Positions 52,198 to 59,556 of a stretch of DNA of 64,000 bases are shown here, piece by piece. The first letter of the stretch is position 1. Each line of letters begins with the position of its first letter. The notes below the pieces were generated by a model. The model was given only the letters and a program-made list of their open reading frames with translations. It had not been told where the DNA came from and did not search any database. The position numbers were made by a program, and so were the translations under genes. The stretch is from Armatimonadota bacterium (GTDB lineage Bacteria; Armatimonadota; Fimbriimonadia; Fimbriimonadales; GBS-DC). The DNA lies in assembly GCA_037444405.1 (NCBI GenBank), contig JBBIML010000007.1:180674-244673 (forward strand), given 5' to 3'.

Positions 52198-52272
52198 GCC
52201 AGCCGCAAGATTCTCCCTGATCAAGCGGCTTCCTGCAGCGCGCTGCCCCGAAAGGAGCGGACAATCAGACAA

Positions 52273-52307
52273 ATCCCTCGCCTATTTTGGGGAGAGGGTA
52301 CGAGTGA
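52273..52307. repeat. Degenerate CCCTCTCCC-family palindrome at the left edge of the RHS island
   Basis: tccctcgcct-attttg-gggagaggg-tacgagtgag. Confidence 0.6.
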
Positions 52308-52317
52308 GAAATCATTT

Positions 52318-52528
52318 CTAACAGTCAGCGTTAATCCTCTCCTGAGCGATTAAACCGATAAAATGCTTTATCACCCCAAAAAGCCCTGCCAGCCATAGAG
52401 CAACCGAGACTGTCGACACAAGCATACTTACCGATAAAGACCACCAAGAAAGCCAGAGAAAAGGCGCTGAGGCATTCCCTACCGCAAGGAAAGTCGCAAG
52501 AAGTCCCCAAACTATTGGACGATGACCA
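52318..52528 (-). pseudogene. Low-GC membrane protein C-terminal fragment (immunity-like)
   Basis: Hydrophobic, AT-rich IVWGLLATFLAV...LWLAGLFGVIKHFIG without its own clear start. Confidence 0.4.
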
Positions 52529-52745
52529 TAATCGGCGCACACAGGCTCTGCCAATATACCACACAGACACACGCCGCCGGCACCTCGCTCTGCACCGCCA
52601 GCCCGTTGCTGTCCTGCGGATAATAACCCCACGGCTCGCCCGCTTGCGTCATCATCAGTAAAGTACCCCCACTGTGTGCAAACCGCCAGTTCTGACCACT
52701 GTGTACATACTGCCAGTTCTGATTGTACCCCCTGAACATTCTCTG
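52529..52745 (-). pseudogene. Orphan fragment, probably an RHS core C-terminal/junction segment
   Basis: GYNQNWQYVHSG-QNWRFAHSGGTLLMM...GEPWGYYPQDSNG; same strand and G/T-rich coding bias as the RHS gene. Confidence 0.45.
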
Positions 52746-52756
52746 CGAACACATCA

Positions 52757-53089
52757 CTATGGGGTTCGCATGTAAAGGTGAAGTGCACCTCGGATACCAG
52801 CAAACACAAAAAGAACCACAAGAAGGTAAACTGCCCATATGAGATGTATACGAGCCGTATCCAACTTCCTGATCGCGTGGAGGATTGTAAGCCCAGCGAC
52901 AGGAACTATCAGCCATAAAAACACACTTAGTGAAACCCAGATGTATGCGTCGACAAAAAACTTTACCTTATTGACATATGTGTGATATATTTCAAATATC
53001 GTAAAAAATGCACCTAACACGCTCAGCAGTACAAAAATGACGAGTGGTGCTGCGCCAGTCATCCTGAAAACTTCGGTCAGTTGTTTCAT
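52757..53089 (-). CDS. Small low-GC 3-TM protein, putative orphan immunity protein
   Basis: GGAGG RBS, three hydrophobic segments, AT-rich, directly downstream of the RHS gene. Confidence 0.6.
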   Translation of the reverse strand: MKQLTEVFRMTGAAPLVIFVLLSVLGAFFTIFEIYHTYVNKVKFFVDAYIWVSLSVFLWLIVPVAGLTILHAIRKLDTARIHLIWAVYLLVVLFVFAGIRGALHLYMRTP

Positions 53090-53101
53090 CACCAGCGCCT
53101 C

Positions 53102-56100
53102 CTAAGTGCTGTTGCTTCGTGTTCTCAGTTCACTCTCTGTCAACAGAGAGCGGTCAAAACCTGGGGTGCGGCGGTTTGGAGTTATCGATGTGGAGCGCTG
53201 AAGCATCACTTCAGCGTCAAGCAAAGGTGCAGAAGCGCAGCTTCTGCAATCCATACACATGGTCTCCCACTCACTTAAGGCACCTAGTAACATCCTCCGT
53301 ACCCATATCCAGGGAGAATTATACCTCTTATACACCCGCATCGGCGCGCCCCCGCACCCTATCCGACACACATACCGATACTCCCGCTCAGCCAGACCAT
53401 CCCGCTTCCACACCCGCACACCATCACTATTGTACCCATACTCATACACTGTCTCCAATCTGTCACCGTAATCCCGCTCTATCCGCGTTAGACGCCCTTC
53501 CTCATCATACCCAAACACCCGCGCATAACCGTTCGGCTGATTGGTACTCCACCGCGCCAGCGTGCCCTCCGGGTTCCACACAAAATCATTCTCCTCGCCA
53601 CTCCATACATCCAGCACACTCGCCAAACGACCCGACACCTCATCATAACTGTAGATATCCCAGTGCGTCCCGTTCACCACATCGTCCCGTATCACCATCG
53701 CCCGACTGCCATCAGGATTGTAGTCATAACTCCGACTGTACGCCACCTGACCCGTGCGTACTTCACTCGCCAGCCGACCCGCGGGCGTGTAGGTGTAGAC
53801 CGTCGTGTCCCCACTCGGACGCTCCACGCTCTGCACCACCCGACCCAGCAGGTCATAAGTGTACTCGTACCCAATCAGCAAACTCCCATCCCCACGCTTG
53901 TGCTCCACCTTCCACACATGCCCCACCTGCGACGGATTGTCCGCGCCATAGTAAGTATACTCCACAAAACTCCCGTTCGGGTAATCCTCCCGCTGGAGCC
54001 GTCCTGTGCCCTGCTCATAACTGTACACCACATTGCCCCGATAATCGCCCACGCTTTGCAACCGTCCCAGCGCATCATAAGTGTATTCAATCGTGCGCAC
54101 CACGCTCTCGTCCGACCGACGCTCCTTCTCAAATCGCTTCCTGCCTGCCGCGTCGTACTCCGCCGTCACCACCTGTACCTCTATCCCAGACTCACTCCCG
54201 CAGCATCCCTGTTGGCGCACCACCCGCCCCCACGCATCGTAAGTGTAGTCGCGCCGGCCAGCGCCATCCACAACCCATACCCGACGGTTCTCACCGTCCC
54301 AGCCCATACTCACATCGGCACTGCGCGGGTAGTCTATCCCCCGCAACCGACCCCACGCGTCATAGGTGTAGGTCGTCACCTCGCTCCCGCTCGCCGTCTG
54401 CACCTCGCGACGCACCATCCAGCCCAGTCCGCCATAATCTAACTCCCGCCAGTAACCGCCTGGCACAATCACCCGCCGCACCTGACCCCGACGCGCCAGG
54501 TTCGCCTCATCGGCTGCATAGTACTGATACTCCGTCGCCCGCCCCAGCGCGTCTATCACCTTGCGCACCTGACCATACGCCGGCTCATTCAACTCGTAAT
54601 CATACACATACTGCACCACGCCCCCTTCGGGGTCTCGCACGCTCTTCACATCCCCATACGCCTCCGTGTAAGTGTACTCCCACACATGCCCCAGCGCGTC
54701 CGTCACCTTCCACACCCGGTCAGTCCCCTGATAGTAGGTGTAAGTGGTCGTCGCCCCGTTCGGCTCCTTGCTCCAGAGCAAGTTGCCCTGACTATCATAA
54801 CTCCACTCCCACACCAGACCCGCAGGGTCTTGCCGCTTGACCACCTGATACTGCCCGTTGTACCACAACCGCGTCGTCAATTGCTCGGTCGTATTGTTCC
54901 CACCCTGAGTGAGACGCACTACCGCAGCCCCTGCAAAACCGTACTCCATCCACACCTGCGTCGGGTCAACCCACCGACTGCTGCCCGTTTCAGGCGTGCC
55001 GCCTGAAAAAGCGCCCACAGGCGCCGCCGATGAGTAAAACGCTGTCCACTGATTGCCCGCAGGGTCTTTGAACCACTTCAGCGCGTCGCTCGTGGACGAC
55101 ACATATCCGTACTGCCAGGTCTGACCCAGCCGATCCGTCCAGCTGACCACATTCCCCCGCGCGTTGTAGCCGAACACAACCTGATAGGTGCGCGACTGAT
55201 TATTCTCATCCAGCTGGGGATAAATCACGCTCACTAAACGCCCGTTCGCATCGTACTGCAGCTCCCACACACGCCCTGTGAAGTCCACCACTTTCCACAA
55301 CCGAGACCCCTGATACACCAGGCTCAGCGGGCGATTATAACGATCGGTCACTGTCTGCAGCTGCCCGTTCGCGTAGCTCAGCACAATCGCACGCCCATAC
55401 CGATCTACCACGCGCTCCAGCGGGCGCACAGTGCCACTTGCTGCAAACTCCCAGCGCTCCTCACTGCCCTTGCGCTCCAGTACATACCGCCCATCGCTCT
55501 CGCGCACCAGCCGATCAAACACTCCCGTGGGCGGGGTGAACACGCCATCTAAGTCGTCATCCCGATAGACCCAGCGTGAGCCGTCTCCTTCCTGCAGGAT
55601 GGCTTGCTTGCCGTCCGCACTCAGTTGCAGAAACACATTCCAGTTGTGCGTCCACTTGGGAGCGATTGGCGAAGGCTGGCTCGGATCGGCTTGCGAGTTG
55701 AACACCAGGCTGAAGCTGACCCTGTTCGCCCAGCCCACCAGCGGCACTTGCAGGCAGAGGTTGCCGTTGCCCAGGTTCACCACGCCGCCATAGACGCTCG
55801 CGCTCGCGCCCCAGGCAGGGGGCAAGCCAGGCGCAGGCGCCAGGGGTGTGGTCTCTCGCAGGCGTTGCAGCGGCAGCAGCCCGCTGAGCCATCGGGTGAA
55901 GCGTACCGAAAGGGGCACAGGGGGCAGAGTAGGAGCCAGCCGCGCCGTGCGCGGTTTGAGCGCCGCGCTGGCGATGGCGGGGGCAATATCAAGGTGCAAC
56001 AGCAATAAGGTCAGCAGGAGCGCAAGAGCGCGCCCCGCTCGGCTCATCAGCAGCTGGCGCACACTACGCAGGTCAAAAACCGCTGCTCCACACTTACGCA

Positions 56101-56152
56101 CCATCCAGCAGTGGCTTTTTGCCAATCCGTTCCCGATCCACATCGCCTTCAT
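53102..56152 (-). CDS. RHS/YD-repeat protein with N-terminal hydrophobic leader, apparently lacking its toxin tip
   Basis: Many YD repeats (YTYDAWGR, YDALGRL, YTPAGRL), VNLGNGNL N-terminal RHS motif; last ~75 codons run through REP hairpins. Confidence 0.9.
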   Translation of the reverse strand: MKAMWIGNGLAKSHCWMVRKCGAAVFDLRSVRQLLMSRAGRALALLLTLLLLHLDIAPAIASAALKPRTARLAPTLPPVPLSVRFTRWLSGLLPLQRLRETTPLAPAPGLPPAWGASASVYGGVVNLGNGNLCLQVPLVGWANRVSFSLVFNSQADPSQPSPIAPKWTHNWNVFLQLSADGKQAILQEGDGSRWVYRDDDLDGVFTPPTGVFDRLVRESDGRYVLERKGSEERWEFAASGTVRPLERVVDRYGRAIVLSYANGQLQTVTDRYNRPLSLVYQGSRLWKVVDFTGRVWELQYDANGRLVSVIYPQLDENNQSRTYQVVFGYNARGNVVSWTDRLGQTWQYGYVSSTSDALKWFKDPAGNQWTAFYSSAAPVGAFSGGTPETGSSRWVDPTQVWMEYGFAGAAVVRLTQGGNNTTEQLTTRLWYNGQYQVVKRQDPAGLVWEWSYDSQGNLLWSKEPNGATTTYTYYQGTDRVWKVTDALGHVWEYTYTEAYGDVKSVRDPEGGVVQYVYDYELNEPAYGQVRKVIDALGRATEYQYYAADEANLARRGQVRRVIVPGGYWRELDYGGLGWMVRREVQTASGSEVTTYTYDAWGRLRGIDYPRSADVSMGWDGENRRVWVVDGAGRRDYTYDAWGRVVRQQGCCGSESGIEVQVVTAEYDAAGRKRFEKERRSDESVVRTIEYTYDALGRLQSVGDYRGNVVYSYEQGTGRLQREDYPNGSFVEYTYYGADNPSQVGHVWKVEHKRGDGSLLIGYEYTYDLLGRVVQSVERPSGDTTVYTYTPAGRLASEVRTGQVAYSRSYDYNPDGSRAMVIRDDVVNGTHWDIYSYDEVSGRLASVLDVWSGEENDFVWNPEGTLARWSTNQPNGYARVFGYDEEGRLTRIERDYGDRLETVYEYGYNSDGVRVWKRDGLAEREYRYVCRIGCGGAPMRVYKRYNSPWIWVRRMLLGALSEWETMCMDCRSCASAPLLDAEVMLQRSTSITPNRRTPGFDRSLLTESELRTRSNST
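53132..53253. repeat. Hairpin cluster / REP-like doublet
   Basis: ctctctg-tcaa-cagagag; cgctgaag-catca-cttcagcg; tgcagaagc-gca-gcttctgca. Confidence 0.65.
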
Positions 56153-56223
56153 CGCTAAGCCCTCCGTCTCCAATTGTTGCGCCGCCAGCATACCCCCTGC
56201 GATCCCGCCTTTGCATAGAGAAA

Positions 56224-56258
56224 TTGACACAAACGGGCAAATTGAGTAAAATTACTCA
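56224..56258 (+). promoter_or_regulatory. Sigma70 promoter overlapped by a perfect palindrome
   Basis: TTGACA(56224)-17 nt-TAAAAT(56247); TGAGTAA-AA-TTACTCA at 56243-56258. Confidence 0.6.
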
Positions 56259-56368
56259 GTCCCCTACAAGCCCGGTCTCTACTGAACCCGCGCTCTACAC
56301 CCCTCTATAAGCCCTGCATCTTCGGGAGGTGGAGGGCGGGGAGCAACCCCTTGCATTCGGGGGCGAGA

Positions 56369-56386
56369 ATGTGATAAAATTCACAA
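56369..56386. promoter_or_regulatory. Rex-like operator over the nuoG -10 box
   Basis: ATGTGATAAAATTCACAA versus Rex consensus TTGTGAAnnnnTTCACAA (12/14); overlaps TGnTAAAAT. Confidence 0.7.
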
Positions 56387-56389
56387 GCG

Positions 56390-58582
56390 ATGCCCAGAGC
56401 GAAGAACGCGCAACCGAAACTGGTGAATATCGAAATCAACGGTATCCCGTTGCAGGTGCCTGAAGGCGAGCTGCTGGTGGAAGCGGCTAAGCGGATCGGC
56501 GCTGACATCCCCATCTTTTGCTACCACAAGTATATGAAGCCCGTCGGGATGTGTCGTATGTGCCTGGTGGAGGTCGGCACGAAGCAGCCTGACGGCTCCG
56601 TTCGGAAGATGCCCAAGCCGCAAACCGCCTGCACCCTACCCTGCACCGAAGGGCTGGTCGCCTGGACCGAAAGCGAGCAGATTATCAAAGACCGCCGCGC
56701 GGTGCTGGAGTTTTTGCTGATCAATCACCCGCTGGACTGCCCCATCTGCGATCGCGGGGGCGAGTGCCCGCTCCAGAACAACACGCAGTTTTACGGACCG
56801 CCCATCAGCCGCTATATCGAGATCAAACGCCACCTGCCGAAGGCGTTCCCACTTTCAAAGTATGTAGTGCTGGATTTGGAGCGGTGCATCCACTGCGGGC
56901 GGTGCGTGCGCTTCACCGAGGAGATTTCGGGCGATTCGCAGCTGGCGTTCCTGTTCCGTGGCGCCCAGATGCAGCCGCACACCTTCCAGCTGACCGAGTT
57001 CACCAGCCGATTCAGCGGCAATGTGATCGAAATCTGCCCTGTGGGTGCGCTCACCAGTCGCACCTACCGCTTTCGCGCCCGACCGTGGGACATCGTGACG
57101 CAGAAGAGCATCTGCTCCATGTGTTCGAACGGTTGCAATCTCTATCTGGACAGCCGCAGCGGGACGATTGTGCGCATCAATGCGCGCGAGAACCCTGCGG
57201 TGAACGAGACATGGACATGCGATAAGGGCAAGTTTGAACAGACCTACATGCATGCGCCGAACCGCCTGACGCAGCCGATGGTGCGGCGCGGTGGCGACTG
57301 GCAGCCGCTCTCGTGGGCGGACGCCTATGAGCTGATTTTGAGCCGTGTCAGCGAAGCCCGCAAGGTGGGCGGCGGGCAGGCAATCGCCGCGATAGCGGGC
57401 GAACGGCTCAGCAACGAGGCGCTCTATCTGCTCCAGAAGCTGTTCCGTGCCGCCTTCCAGACCAGCAATATCGACCATCGTATGACGCGCTATCAGGGCA
57501 ACTTTTACACGGATCTGATCGCGCGGCTGGGCTATCCCACCAGCGCGATTGAGTATCGCGATCTGGAGAGCGCGTCGCTGGTGTTCGTGTTCGGCTCTAA
57601 CCTGATTGAGGAGCAGCCGATGGTCTACCTGCGCTTGCGCAAGGCGTGGCGCCACTATGATGTGCCCGTGATGGTCGCCTACCCGCTGGAGACACCTGTT
57701 GAGGAGTTTGCCGAGCTGAGCCTGCGCTATCGCGTCGGCAGTGAACTCGTGTTGCTGGAGAGCTTGATCAGCGCCCTGCGCGGGGTAGGCATCGACGGCA
57801 GCGGATTGGGCATCCCCACCGCGCTTCTGCAGCGCGCCGCCGAGCGACTGAAGTCAGCCGCGGATGTGATTATGCTTGCGGGCGAGAAGGTGTGGAACCA
57901 TCCCGATGCTCCGCGCCTGATCGACGCGCTGATTGAGCTGACCGCTCTGCTGCCGAACGGCTCGCTCAACCTGCTGGTTCCAGAAGCGAACTCGCAGGGC
58001 GCGATTGACATGGGCGTTCTGCCCGATCTTCTGCCAGGCTACGCGCCCGTGAATGACGGGGCGGCGCGGGCGCGCTTTGAGGCTGCCTATGGCGTGCCGC
58101 TGCCCGCCCAGCCCGGCTTGAACACCGACTCGATTTTTGAGGCGTGCCTGCAGGGAACGATCCAGCTGCTCTATCTGGCTGGCTCGAACCCGCTGGAGCG
58201 GTATTACGACCCGTCGCGGGCGGCGCGTGCGTTGCAGGCGTGTGAGTTTGTGGTGGTGCAGGACGCGCTGATGACTGAGACCGCACGGTACGCCGACCTG
58301 ATCCTGCCCGCCTGCACCTTCGCCGAGTGCGAGGGCACTTTCACGAACTGGGAGGGGCGCGTGCAACGCTTCTGGAAAGCCATCGAGCCGCCGGGCGACG
58401 CCAAACCCGACTGGCTCATTTTTGCCGAACTGTGGCTGCGCGTGATGCGCCAGACGCCGCCGTTCAACCCGCGCGAGATTATGTGCGAGATCAGCGATCT
58501 CGTGCCCCAGTACGCCGACTGCACCTACGAGCAACTCGGCGATCAAGGCAGGAAACGGCGATCGCCGGGCGAATCTTCATAG
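56390..58582 (+). CDS. nuoG: NADH-quinone oxidoreductase subunit G
   Basis: CYH..GMCRMC..TAC, HPLDCPICDRGGEC, CIHCGRC..CPVGAL, CSMCSNGC..CDKG. Confidence 0.93.
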   Translation: MPRAKNAQPKLVNIEINGIPLQVPEGELLVEAAKRIGADIPIFCYHKYMKPVGMCRMCLVEVGTKQPDGSVRKMPKPQTACTLPCTEGLVAWTESEQIIKDRRAVLEFLLINHPLDCPICDRGGECPLQNNTQFYGPPISRYIEIKRHLPKAFPLSKYVVLDLERCIHCGRCVRFTEEISGDSQLAFLFRGAQMQPHTFQLTEFTSRFSGNVIEICPVGALTSRTYRFRARPWDIVTQKSICSMCSNGCNLYLDSRSGTIVRINARENPAVNETWTCDKGKFEQTYMHAPNRLTQPMVRRGGDWQPLSWADAYELILSRVSEARKVGGGQAIAAIAGERLSNEALYLLQKLFRAAFQTSNIDHRMTRYQGNFYTDLIARLGYPTSAIEYRDLESASLVFVFGSNLIEEQPMVYLRLRKAWRHYDVPVMVAYPLETPVEEFAELSLRYRVGSELVLLESLISALRGVGIDGSGLGIPTALLQRAAERLKSAADVIMLAGEKVWNHPDAPRLIDALIELTALLPNGSLNLLVPEANSQGAIDMGVLPDLLPGYAPVNDGAARARFEAAYGVPLPAQPGLNTDSIFEACLQGTIQLLYLAGSNPLERYYDPSRAARALQACEFVVVQDALMTETARYADLILPACTFAECEGTFTNWEGRVQRFWKAIEPPGDAKPDWLIFAELWLRVMRQTPPFNPREIMCEISDLVPQYADCTYEQLGDQGRKRRSPGESS

Positions 58583-58587
58583 GTGCT

Positions 58588-59556
58588 ATGCCGTACCTGC
58601 CATACGCAATCGAGCGACCCGACCGCTATCGGGTGCGGGTGGAGCAGTATGTTCACTATCGGCGCGAGGGCTACCTGAAGGTGGAGGGGCTGGTTCCACC
58701 TGAAGATGTGGCGCGCCTGCGCGAATGGGCAGACTCACGCTGGCAACCGCCCGAATCGCTGGAGCAGCCCGAAAAAGCCGCCCTCCACCAGGTGCCGAAG
58801 GGCACGCGCGTGCATCAAATCCATCGCGTCGACCCCGTCGCCGAGTGGGGATTGCTGCACCCGCGCGTTCTGGATGTGCTGGAAGCCCTCATCGGTCCCG
58901 ATGTGCTGGCTCTGCAGACGATGCTGTTCTACAACCCGCCGGGCACGGGCGGTCAGGGCTGGCATCAGGATTCGTTCTACATCACGACCTATCCCGATAC
59001 GCTGATTGGCGCGTGGCTGGCGATTGACCCCGCCGACGAGGAGAACGGCTGCCTGTGGGTCATTCCCGGCTCGCACTGTGAACCCATCTACCCGCCGCCC
59101 TACACGCCGTTCGGGCAGGTGCATGCGGCGAACGCCTTTGAAGATTTGCACGCGGTGGAGAATGTGAGCCATCTGGACGATGAAGTGAACACGCTGACGC
59201 GCGTTGCCCGCAAATATCCGCCGCCCATCCCTGTGCCGATGGCGCCGGGCGATGTGCTGTTCTTTGACGGGCATCTGCTGCATCGTTCCTATCCGAACCG
59301 CACGCGGGATCGGTGGCGTCGCTCGTTTGTGTGCCACTACTGCAACGCGCGCTCGTGGGTGCCGTGGAATCACGGGGAACCGTTCGAGGGCGACAGTGCG
59401 AACTATCTGCACATTCTGGCGCGGGGCAGCACGCATCTGCCGTATGCCAGCCCGAAGTTCGGCACGCGCGTCGACCTCTACTCGCCCGATCTGGCGCCGG
59501 GCGCGCCGCCCCCACGCATGATGGGCGACACCGAAGGGAATATGGGCATGGGATGA
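58588..59556 (+). CDS. Phytanoyl-CoA dioxygenase (PhyH) family 2OG-Fe(II) oxygenase
   Basis: WHQD, ENGCLWVIPGSH, GDVLFF..LLHRS..N....R. Confidence 0.9.
   Translation: MPYLPYAIERPDRYRVRVEQYVHYRREGYLKVEGLVPPEDVARLREWADSRWQPPESLEQPEKAALHQVPKGTRVHQIHRVDPVAEWGLLHPRVLDVLEALIGPDVLALQTMLFYNPPGTGGQGWHQDSFYITTYPDTLIGAWLAIDPADEENGCLWVIPGSHCEPIYPPPYTPFGQVHAANAFEDLHAVENVSHLDDEVNTLTRVARKYPPPIPVPMAPGDVLFFDGHLLHRSYPNRTRDRWRRSFVCHYCNARSWVPWNHGEPFEGDSANYLHILARGSTHLPYASPKFGTRVDLYSPDLAPGAPPPRMMGDTEGNMGMG

Noticed and set aside
52300..53260. Integron cassette array
   Set aside because: No intI gene, and the hairpins lack attC R-box (RYYYAAC/GTTRRRY) organisation
53119..54840. 573-aa plus-strand ORF, and other long antisense ORFs such as 60552-62108 and 50383-51570
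   Set aside because: Shadow frames of genuine genes in high-GC, strand-skewed DNA; low-complexity translations
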